From contig PMAF01000314.1 in assembly GCA_003152455.1 (NCBI GenBank), positions 1-58,049 of the forward strand: 58,049 nucleotides of DNA, read 5' to 3'. The position numbers and the translations under genes were made by a program. Source of the stretch: Hyphomicrobiales bacterium (GTDB lineage: Bacteria > Pseudomonadota > Alphaproteobacteria > Rhizobiales > Xanthobacteraceae). Under the pieces are notes generated by a model, which had not been told where the DNA came from, did not search any database, and saw nothing but the letters and a program-made list of their open reading frames with translations. Below are positions 41,030 through 48,643 of this stretch, piece by piece. The first letter of the stretch is position 1. Every line of letters starts with the position of its first letter.

Positions 41030-41824
41030 GTGGCCAATACGCTTAAAGACGCGTGCGCCGAACTCGCGCTTGCCAACCGCATGGTCGCCAACGAAGGCAT
41101 CATCGACGCCTTCGGGCATGTCAGCATGCGCCATCCCGACAATCCGGGCCGCTACCTGCTGTCGCGCTCGCGAGCGCCCGAACTGGTGACGCCGGACGAC
41201 TTCATCGAATACGACCTCGAATCGCAGCCGGCGCGCGACCCCGGCGTCGGCCAATATTCCGAACGGGTGATCCACGGCGAGATCTACAAGGCGCGGGCGG
41301 ACGTCATGTCGGTGTGCCATCACCATTGCGCGGCTTTCATGCCGCTGCTCGCCACCGGCACCGATTATGTTCCGATCTTTCATCTTGGCGCGGTCGGCGG
41401 CATCAAACCGCCATACTGGGACCAGCACGACGAGTTCGGCGACACCAATATGCTGGTGATCAAGCCGGAGGAGGGCGCCTCGCTCGCGCGCGCCCTCGGC
41501 AGCCAGTGGATGGTGCTGATGAAGCGCCACGGCGTCACCGTCGCGGGCACCAGCGTGAAGGATTGCGTATTCCGCTCGATTTATTCGGCTCGCAACGCCG
41601 AATACCAGGTGCGTGCCCTGACCGTCGGCGGCAGCGTCGCCTCGCTGACGCCTGGCGAAGCCGAATTGGCCGGCCAGATCAGCCGCAAGACCACGGGCCT
41701 CATGCGCTCGTGGGAATACTGGTCGATACGGGTGGCCAAAGCGGGCGGGGTGCCGCGGGCGTCCAAGAAGCCGGCAAAGGCGGCGGCAAAGCCGCGCCGG
41801 CTGCGTAAAATGCGGCGGCGCTGA
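41030..41824 (+). CDS. Class II aldolase/adducin family protein
   Basis: GHVSMR, SERVIHGEIY, VCHHH, LMKRHG metal-binding motifs; GAGAGGA RBS and GTG start. Confidence 0.88.
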   Translation: MANTLKDACAELALANRMVANEGIIDAFGHVSMRHPDNPGRYLLSRSRAPELVTPDDFIEYDLESQPARDPGVGQYSERVIHGEIYKARADVMSVCHHHCAAFMPLLATGTDYVPIFHLGAVGGIKPPYWDQHDEFGDTNMLVIKPEEGASLARALGSQWMVLMKRHGVTVAGTSVKDCVFRSIYSARNAEYQVRALTVGGSVASLTPGEAELAGQISRKTTGLMRSWEYWSIRVAKAGGVPRASKKPAKAAAKPRRLRKMRRR

Positions 41825-41915
41825 ATTTTGGGCTTTCCCCGTGGGCGGCACTCGGCTTGAATGCCCTCCACCTACGACTTCCAACGATAGAAAATAATTA
41901 CAGGGAGGATATCGA

Positions 41916-42884
41916 ATGAAGACCTTCAAGACCGTCGCCGCCGCGCTCGGGCTGGTCGTGCCGCTGGCGCTTGCGGGTACGCCGGCATCCGCCGAGGACA
42001 CGCTCAAGCTCGTGATCGGCCAGATCAACAATTGGGAAAACCAGGCCCCGACTCTCGGCCAGGACGCCGGCATCTTCAAGAAACACGGACTGGTGCTGGA
42101 GAACGTCGGCTCGCAAGGCGCCGGTGAGACTCTCCAGGCGGTGATCTCGGGGAGCGCCGATATCGGCGCGGGCGTCGGCGCGGCCGGCGCCATGCGCGCC
42201 TTCTCGAAAGGCGCGCCGGTGCGCATCCTTGCGCCGATGTTCACCGGCACGGGCGATCTGTACTGGTACGTGAAATCAGATTCCAAGATCAAAAGCCTGA
42301 AGGACGCTACGCCCGAGACCACCATCGCCTATTCGACCAACGGCTCGAGCTCGAACAACATCGTCGTTGCCTTCATCAGCGAGCTCGGCGCCAAGGCCAA
42401 GCCGACCGCCACCGGCGGCCCTCCGGGTACGCTGACCGCGGTCATGTCCGGCCAAGTCGATATCGGCTGGGCGGCGCCGCCGTTCGGCCTGCAGGAAATC
42501 AAGGACGGCAAGATCCGCATCGTCGCGCACGGCAGCGACGTGCCGTCGCTGCGCGGGCAGACGGTGCGCGTGCTGGTCGTGAATGCGAACGCGCTGAAGA
42601 CCAAGCATGACGCGATCCTGCGTTTCATGGCGGCCTATCGCGAAGCGGTGGACTGGATGTATTCCGATCCGAAGGCGGTCGAGATGTATTCGGTCAAAAT
42701 CAAACGGCCGATCGACCTGCTCAAGGAGTCGATGGCCAAATTCCAGCCCAAGGAGGCCCTGCAGACCGATAAATTTGCCGACCTCGACGGCGCCATCCGC
42801 GACGCGGTCAAGCTGAAATTCCTCGAGAAACCGCTGACCAAGGAGCAGATCGCGGAATTGATGCAGATTCCGCCGCGCAAGTGA
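41916..42884 (+). CDS. NMT1/SsuA-like ABC substrate-binding protein
   Basis: Signal peptide, QGAGETLQAVISGSAD, AVMSGQVDIGW. Confidence 0.88.
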   Translation: MKTFKTVAAALGLVVPLALAGTPASAEDTLKLVIGQINNWENQAPTLGQDAGIFKKHGLVLENVGSQGAGETLQAVISGSADIGAGVGAAGAMRAFSKGAPVRILAPMFTGTGDLYWYVKSDSKIKSLKDATPETTIAYSTNGSSSNNIVVAFISELGAKAKPTATGGPPGTLTAVMSGQVDIGWAAPPFGLQEIKDGKIRIVAHGSDVPSLRGQTVRVLVVNANALKTKHDAILRFMAAYREAVDWMYSDPKAVEMYSVKIKRPIDLLKESMAKFQPKEALQTDKFADLDGAIRDAVKLKFLEKPLTKEQIAELMQIPPRK

Positions 42885-42918
42885 TAAGCGCGCCGCGTCA
42901 GGCTTTTCAAAAAATTAA

Positions 42919-42945
42919 ACGGGCCGCTGTCTGGCAGCGGCCCGT
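42919..42945. terminator. Probably bidirectional intrinsic terminator
   Basis: ACGGGCCGCTG-TCTGG-CAGCGGCCCGT with an A-tract on the left and TCTTGT on the right. Confidence 0.75.
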
Positions 42946-42977
42946 CTTGTATCGCCGTCCAATCGTTGCGGCGACGA

Positions 42978-43298
42978 CTACTTCTTCATTGCCTTTTTCT
43001 TCGACGCCTTGGCCTTCTTCTTGTGCTTCTTGTGCTTCGCGGCCTTCTGGGCCGGGCAGGCCTTTCCCGACACCACCTTGGCGCCGTCCTTAACCGCGAT
43101 GCAGGCGCTGGCATAAGTGAACTTCATGCCGCCCTTCGCCGCACAGACCGGCTTCTCCGCCGTGAGGCAGGGGCCGGGGTAGGTCACAGGCGCCGCCGCC
43201 TTCTTCGCTTTCGCCTCGCTCGGTCCACCCGAGCCGATCACGAAAGCGGCGGCCGCGGCGGCAATAAAAGCTGCATATCCGATATTTTTGAGTTTCAT
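42978..43298 (-). CDS. Secreted Kazal-like small protein with Lys/His-rich tail
   Basis: Signal peptide; C-LTAEK-PVC-AAKGGMKFTYASAC...GKAC; GGAGG RBS. Confidence 0.75.
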   Translation of the reverse strand: MKLKNIGYAAFIAAAAAAFVIGSGGPSEAKAKKAAAPVTYPGPCLTAEKPVCAAKGGMKFTYASACIAVKDGAKVVSGKACPAQKAAKHKKHKKKAKASKKKAMKK

Positions 43299-43415
43299 CT
43301 TTGTCCTCCCGCCATTTTTGACGCCTCATTGTAGGAAGGAACTCGGCGAGATTACAAGAAATTTACGCCGCTGCGCTGCACCCAAACCTGAATGCGCGTT
43401 CATGTCGCCGGTCGC

Positions 43416-44318
43416 TCAGGGTCGCGCCTTCGCGCCGCTGATGGCATCGAGCAGGGCGGCCCCGCCGGAGGTGAGCGAGGCGCGCACCTTTTCGTCTTTG
43501 CCGATCGCGCCCATCTCGCGCTGGCGCTTGACGGTGGAGTCCACCATCAGCGGGTCGAGCCCGAGTTCGCGTAAGGTCGCGGCCGACTCTTCCATCTCGG
43601 CGGCGCGGCGTTCGCCGTGGCTAGCCATGCGCTCCAGGTTGTACTCGGCGATCTTGGTCCAATCGAGCGACGGATAATTGTTCTTCATCGACGCGGTGAC
43701 TTCCTCCAGCACGCCGGCGCGGCTGGCGGCGAGAAAGCATTCCAACGTCAGCGCCTCGATGCCCTTGATCATCACGCTGCGGATCATCTTGATGGCGGCG
43801 GCGTGCCCGGTATCGCCGCCCACGACGCTCAGTTTCATCTCCAACTCATGGAGCAGTGGCGAAATCGCTTCGGCATGGGGACCGGCGATCAACAGCGGCG
43901 TCTTGTGGCGCGCCGGATGGATCGGCGCGATTACCGCCACGTCCACATAGCGGGCGCGCTCGCCCAGCAGCTTCGCGGTCTCCCGCTTGCGGCCGGGCGA
44001 GACCGAATTGATGTCGAGATAGTACGGCGCGCCGGTGAGATACGGCTCGACCGAGCGGGCGGCTTCGAGGCTCGATGCCGCCGTCACCGCGGAAATGATC
44101 ATATCGGTCTCGGCGACGGCGTCGGCCGCCGAACGCGCGAGCCGCACCCCCATGCTTTCGCCGGCCGCCTTCAGCCGCGCGCCCTCCGCCGCCGGAAACA
44201 GGATGTCCCAGGCGGCGATGCGCTCGATGCCGCCTTCGCGCAGCCCTGAGGCGATCGCCTGTCCGGCCTCGCCGAAACCGATGAAGGAAACGCGCGGGGT
44301 GTTGCGGCGGGTCATCAT
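43416..44318 (-). CDS. NAD(P)-dependent beta-hydroxyacid dehydrogenase-like protein with DUF1932
   Basis: FIGFGEAG, YLDINSVSP, KMIRSVMIKG, HGERRAAEMEE. Confidence 0.85.
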   Translation of the reverse strand: MMTRRNTPRVSFIGFGEAGQAIASGLREGGIERIAAWDILFPAAEGARLKAAGESMGVRLARSAADAVAETDMIISAVTAASSLEAARSVEPYLTGAPYYLDINSVSPGRKRETAKLLGERARYVDVAVIAPIHPARHKTPLLIAGPHAEAISPLLHELEMKLSVVGGDTGHAAAIKMIRSVMIKGIEALTLECFLAASRAGVLEEVTASMKNNYPSLDWTKIAEYNLERMASHGERRAAEMEESAATLRELGLDPLMVDSTVKRQREMGAIGKDEKVRASLTSGGAALLDAISGAKARP

Positions 44319-44327
44319 GTTGCCATC

Positions 44328-45095
44328 CTAAATCGTTTTCACTTCCGCATCTTGCCGCGTCGTCTGGAAACTGACCGCCATCAGCCAGTTTCCGCCGCGC
44401 TTGACGAAGACGCGGCTGACGCGCGCCGCGTTGCCGTGGAACGGCTGGTGCTCGCAAGCCATCACAATGGCGTCGTTAAAGCCGAACAGCCGCGCCGATA
44501 CCAGCGGCGCCGGGGCGGAATTGGCGCCGCTGCGCAACTGCTCTGCCAGCACCGCCTTGCGGTCGGCCTTCGAGTGCCGCCGCGCCGCGCCCACCACCAG
44601 GAATTCGTCGGCGACGTGCTGCGCCCAGATTTCGGGCTCATGATGCATCACCGCGATCTCCAGCCGCTGCCAGGAGGCGAGTGCGTCGCGCTCGTCGGCG
44701 TTGCGCGGCTGATAGGGCAGCGTGTAGCAGGGATTATCCCATTCCTTGCGGCCGGGACCATGGGGCATTGTCGGAAAATTCTGCGAGACCTCGTGGTAGG
44801 CGATGAGGCGCCAACCCTGCGCGCGTTTGACCCAGAGGCGCAGCACAAAAACCTTGTCGCGGTCGACGACGATGGTGACCACCTCGCCGTAATCCTGGGT
44901 CGCCTGCGCGAGGCCGGGCTCGTCATCGAGCGGCGGCTTGGGCAGCGCGCCGACGGCTTTCGCTTTGTCGAGAATGCGCCCGTTGCAATCCACCCAGGTG
45001 AAATCGTCGTCGAACAAGGCCGCGGCGGCGCCGGCGTCGCCGTTCGCCAGCGCAGCCACCAGAGCGCGGTCGCTATGCAATACGGCTTCGTTCAT
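44328..45095 (-). CDS. Tandem DUF4440 / NTF2-like protein
   Basis: Two SnoaL-like units: LFDDDFTWVD...WRLIAYHE and VADEFLVV...WLMAVSFQT. Confidence 0.75.
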   Translation of the reverse strand: MNEAVLHSDRALVAALANGDAGAAAALFDDDFTWVDCNGRILDKAKAVGALPKPPLDDEPGLAQATQDYGEVVTIVVDRDKVFVLRLWVKRAQGWRLIAYHEVSQNFPTMPHGPGRKEWDNPCYTLPYQPRNADERDALASWQRLEIAVMHHEPEIWAQHVADEFLVVGAARRHSKADRKAVLAEQLRSGANSAPAPLVSARLFGFNDAIVMACEHQPFHGNAARVSRVFVKRGGNWLMAVSFQTTRQDAEVKTI

Positions 45096-45103
45096 GGCCG
45101 CGG

Positions 45104-46072
45104 TTACGACTCCGGCACGCCCGGCACCGGCGGCGTGCCGTGGGTGTGGAATGACTTGATGGTCTGCAGACCCCAAGCCTGGCCCTTCTTGCGCTCAGCC
45201 TCGCTCCAGCGGATCGGTTTCCAGTCCGGCGCCAGGACCAGGCGCGCGCCGGGGCAGGCGACTTCCACGCGGTTGCCGCCCGGCTCGTAGACATAGAGGA
45301 AGAACGTCTGCTGGATAGCGTGTTTGTGCGGCCCGGTCTCGATGAACACGCCGTGTTCCAGAAATACGTCGGCGGCGCGCAGCACGTCCTCGCGCGAGTC
45401 GAGCGCGTAAGTGACATGATGGAAGCGGCCTTTGGTGCCGGAGTGGTCGCGCGTGTAAGCGAAGTCGTAGGTCTTGTTGGTCGCGGTCAGCCACATGCCG
45501 GCTTCGGTGCCGTCGTCGAGCACGATCTGCTCGGTCAGCATGAAGCCGAGATAATTCTCGAAGAATTCGCGGTTCGCCTTGATATCCGCGGCCAGCCCGT
45601 TGAAGTGATCGATGCGCCGCACGTTGCAGCCGCGCGCCGGATAGCGCTGCGCCTGGTTTTTCAGCGCGGGCTTCTGGTCGGGCGGCGGATCGTACCATTC
45701 GGTGTCGTAATAAAGTTCGATCACGTGGCCGTCCGGATCCTTGCACACGAAAGTCTTGCCGTGGCCGAAGTCGCCATCGGTCCAGCCGACGTCGAAGCCG
45801 GAGCCTTTCAGCGCCGCCGCGCGCCGCTCCAGCGCCTGTGGGCTACGGGTTCGGAAGGCGGCATGGCCCATGCCGGAGGTTTTCGAGTCGGTGAGCTTGA
45901 GCGAATAACGCTCGTAGTCGTCCCAGCCGCGCAGATAGACGCTCGATCCCCTCTCGCCGCTCTGGGTCATGCCCATGACGTCGATGAAGAACTTGCGGCT
46001 TTCCTCGAATTTCGGCGTCAGGACTTCGACATGGCCGAGATGGGCGATGTCGCGAATGGGTTCCGGCTGCAT
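45104..46072 (-). CDS. VOC-family extradiol dioxygenase (catechol 2,3-dioxygenase-like)
   Basis: AHLGHVEV, RRIDHFN, RFHHVTY, GPHKHAI..FFLYVYEPGGNRVE. Confidence 0.92.
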   Translation of the reverse strand: MQPEPIRDIAHLGHVEVLTPKFEESRKFFIDVMGMTQSGERGSSVYLRGWDDYERYSLKLTDSKTSGMGHAAFRTRSPQALERRAAALKGSGFDVGWTDGDFGHGKTFVCKDPDGHVIELYYDTEWYDPPPDQKPALKNQAQRYPARGCNVRRIDHFNGLAADIKANREFFENYLGFMLTEQIVLDDGTEAGMWLTATNKTYDFAYTRDHSGTKGRFHHVTYALDSREDVLRAADVFLEHGVFIETGPHKHAIQQTFFLYVYEPGGNRVEVACPGARLVLAPDWKPIRWSEAERKKGQAWGLQTIKSFHTHGTPPVPGVPES

Positions 46073-46103
46073 AAGAGGGTTCTAGTGCGCTGTCGCCATT
46101 TGA

Positions 46104-46787
46104 TCAATTCCTGCGCCCGGCGCCGGCGAAGGCCAGCACCAGGTTGTTCGCCGGCATGGGAACGATCTCGGCCGGCGTGAGGCCGGCCGCTTGCGCGAGC
46201 GCGTTCAGATCATCCAGGTCGCGCACGCCCCATTCGGGATTTTCCGCCCGCAGGCTGGCGTCGAATTCGGCGTTGCTCGGCGCGGTGTGCTGCCCGGAGC
46301 GCTTAAACGGTCCATAGGCGAACAGCCGGCCATCGGCGGCCAGATACCGGCCGGCGCCGGCGATGAGGTTTTGCGCCACGCGCCAAGGCGATATGTGCAG
46401 CACGTTGATACAGAGCATGGCGGCGAGGACGCCGCCGGGCTGCTTATCCGCGGTCCACGACCAGGCGGGATCGGTCAGGTCGATGTGCTGCGGCGTACGC
46501 AGGTTGGCGAGCCCGGCATGCCGCCGCCAGGCTTCGATGCTGGCGAGATGGGATGGGTAAATATCGCTCGGCCACCAGGTGAGCTGCGGCGAACGGCCCG
46601 CAAACGTCGTCGCGTGCTGCCCGGTGCCGCTGCCAAGCTCCAGCACGTCGCCGGTCTGCGCGCTCAAAAAAGTGGCCATCGTCGACCAGATGGCATCGTG
46701 ATTGCGCTCGAACGCGGGGCCCTGCAGCCGGCCGTCGGGCGCGGCTTCTTTCCCGGACTTTCCGAATTCGACGACGAATTTAGCCAC
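46104..46787 (-). CDS. DUF938 family class I SAM-dependent methyltransferase
   Basis: PAFERNHDAI, VLELGSGTGQH, INVLHISPW, YGPFKRSGQHTAPSNAEFD, MPANN. Confidence 0.88.
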   Translation of the reverse strand: MAKFVVEFGKSGKEAAPDGRLQGPAFERNHDAIWSTMATFLSAQTGDVLELGSGTGQHATTFAGRSPQLTWWPSDIYPSHLASIEAWRRHAGLANLRTPQHIDLTDPAWSWTADKQPGGVLAAMLCINVLHISPWRVAQNLIAGAGRYLAADGRLFAYGPFKRSGQHTAPSNAEFDASLRAENPEWGVRDLDDLNALAQAAGLTPAEIVPMPANNLVLAFAGAGRRN

Positions 46788-46861
46788 GGCTGCAACGGCC
46801 TCTTTGCCCGCGCAATGGGCGTTTCGTTTTGTTGGCGTTATGAAATTGTTGCCGGCGCCGC

Positions 46862-47554
46862 CTAAACATCTTCCGGGTTGTCGACATAGATGAGCCCGGC
46901 CTTGGCCAGGCCTTCGCGCATCTTGTACATGTCGAGGCTGAGTTCGCCCGTGGCCAGGCGCTCGCGCTTGCCGTCCTCGTCGTCGTGGCGTTTCTGCGCC
47001 TTGGCGGCCGTGTCGACTGCCAATTTCTTGGGCACCACCACCACGCCGTCGTCGTCGCAGACCACCACGTCGCCCGGCTCGACATTGACGCCCGCGCACA
47101 CCACCGGAATGTTGACCGCGCCGAGCGCGGCCTTGACCGTGCCTTTGGCCGAGATCGCCCGCGACCACACCGGAAAGCCCATCTCGGTGAGCGCCTTGAT
47201 GTCGCGGCAGCCGGCGTCGAGGACGAGGCCGATGACGCCGCGCGCCACCAGCGCGGTCGCCAGCAATTCGCCGAACATGCCGTCGGTATTGTCGGCGCTG
47301 CAGCCGACCACCAGCACGTCGCCCTTCTGGCACTGCTCGACCGCCACATGGAGCATCCAGTTGTCGCCCGGCTGCGCCAGCACGGTCACCGCCGGCCCGC
47401 CGATGGCGGCGCCGGCCCAGATCGGGCGCATGTAGGGCTTCATCAGCCCGGAGCGCCCGAGCGCCTCGTGCGCGGTGGAGACGCCGGCGGCGGCGAGCGT
47501 GCCGATGGCGTTGGGATCGGCGCGTTTGATGTTGCGGACGACGACGGGTTTCAT
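46862..47554 (-). CDS. ligK: 4-carboxy-4-hydroxy-2-oxoadipate aldolase / oxaloacetate decarboxylase (GalC/LigK)
   Basis: STAHEALGR, PGDNWMLH, GMFGELLAT, DAGCRD, KGTVK, DDDGVV. Confidence 0.92.
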   Translation of the reverse strand: MKPVVVRNIKRADPNAIGTLAAAGVSTAHEALGRSGLMKPYMRPIWAGAAIGGPAVTVLAQPGDNWMLHVAVEQCQKGDVLVVGCSADNTDGMFGELLATALVARGVIGLVLDAGCRDIKALTEMGFPVWSRAISAKGTVKAALGAVNIPVVCAGVNVEPGDVVVCDDDGVVVVPKKLAVDTAAKAQKRHDDEDGKRERLATGELSLDMYKMREGLAKAGLIYVDNPEDV

Positions 47555-48273
47555 TTCAGGATCTCCTCGACGGTCGGGAACAGCCGCTGGTAGGCCTCGC
47601 CATAGGTCATCGGCACGCCGGTGTTTCGCGAGCCCTGGATGCCGCGGTTGAGTGCGACGCGCTCGTAATAAGCCCACAGGTGTTTTTGTGCGGCCAGAAT
47701 CTGGAACGTCTTGTATTTTTGCTCCCACACCTCGTCGATCTTGAGAATGAGGTTGGGCTTGTAGTTGCACATCTCGGGCTGGTGCGGCTCGAACAGGAAC
47801 ACCGGCGGCGCGGCGTATTTGTATTTGGCGCCCGGCTTGTGGCCCATGGCCTGCGCCACCACGCGCGTCTCCTGCGCGAAATGCGCGGCGTTCGGATGAT
47901 CGAAATTGTATGGGTCCTCGAGCGCGTGCGTGAGCACGAAGGACGGATTGAGCTCGCGGTAGATATCGACCATGCGGTCGAAATGCCGCTCGTTGAGCTT
48001 GAGCGGATAGTCGCCGCAGTCGAAAAACTCGATCTCGGCGCCGAGCAGGCTGGCGGCGCGCTCGGCCTCGTCCTTGCGGCCGGCTTTCACCGTTTCGAGC
48101 GTGGCGCCCGGCTCCTTCCAGGCGAACTGGCTCTCGCCGCGCTCGCCGAAGGACATGCAGACGATTTTCACCTTGTAGCCGCGCTTGGCGTGCAGCGCGA
48201 TGGCGCCGCCCGCGCGCCAAACGAAATCGCCCGGGTGGGCGGTGATGACGAGCCCGGTCTTCTGTTCCGGCAT
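47551..48273 (-). CDS. galB: 4-oxalomesaconate hydratase, PIG-L family
   Basis: TAHPGDFVWRAGGAIALHA, SFGERGES, DPYNFDHP, FEPHQPE. Confidence 0.88.
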   Translation of the reverse strand: MPEQKTGLVITAHPGDFVWRAGGAIALHAKRGYKVKIVCMSFGERGESQFAWKEPGATLETVKAGRKDEAERAASLLGAEIEFFDCGDYPLKLNERHFDRMVDIYRELNPSFVLTHALEDPYNFDHPNAAHFAQETRVVAQAMGHKPGAKYKYAAPPVFLFEPHQPEMCNYKPNLILKIDEVWEQKYKTFQILAAQKHLWAYYERVALNRGIQGSRNTGVPMTYGEAYQRLFPTVEEILK

Positions 48274-48304
48274 GGTCTTGCGAACTCCTTGTTGCGCGGG
48301 ACGT

Positions 48305-48316
48305 CTATAAACTAGG
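48305..48316. promoter_or_regulatory. Second copy of the CTATAAnnTAGG operator candidate
   Basis: CTATAAACTAGG about 30 nt upstream of galB; 10/12 identity with 40984-40995. Confidence 0.45.
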
Positions 48317-48457
48317 CGGGGCCTAGGGCGGTCAAGGCGGCCTGCCGCGACCGAGCCCGCGAGCGGTTGCCGAACGCTACCGGCTGCTGGAAGCGCGTAA
48401 GCCGGTCGCCGGACTGTCCAGGCGTATTGTGTACGGTTGAGAGAATCTGTAGCAAAC

Positions 48458-48499
48458 TGCCCAATATTTACTCAGTGGCCAAAGCCTCCAATTTAGGCA
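48458..48499 (+). promoter_or_regulatory. Candidate tandem NtrC-type enhancer sites
   Basis: TGCCCAATATTTACTCA and AGCCTCCAATTTAGGCA (GC-N11-GC spacing, AT-rich core; the first is imperfect), 65-105 nt upstream of the sigma54 promoter. Confidence 0.5.
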
Positions 48500-48561
48500 A
48501 TTCACAGGCCCCTCATAAAAATACGCTGAATTTACAGCAGCTTATGAAGCCATCGCAGCCT

Positions 48562-48577
48562 TGGCACAGGCCTTGCG
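48562..48577 (+). promoter_or_regulatory. Sigma54 -24/-12 promoter for the urt operon
   Basis: TGGCAC-AGGCC-TTGCG with GG-N10-GC spacing. Confidence 0.8.
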
Positions 48578-48643
48578 AACTCGGTGAGGCGCGGAAATGT
48601 CGCCGGGCAATATCGCGCGCGTCAAACGCAGGGGACTTCGCTC

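Noticed and set aside
46104-47333. Fusion of ligK with the DUF938 methyltransferase
   Set aside because: ligK has its own stop at 46862; the longer ORF is an off-frame extension, and the methyltransferase starts near GTG 46787.
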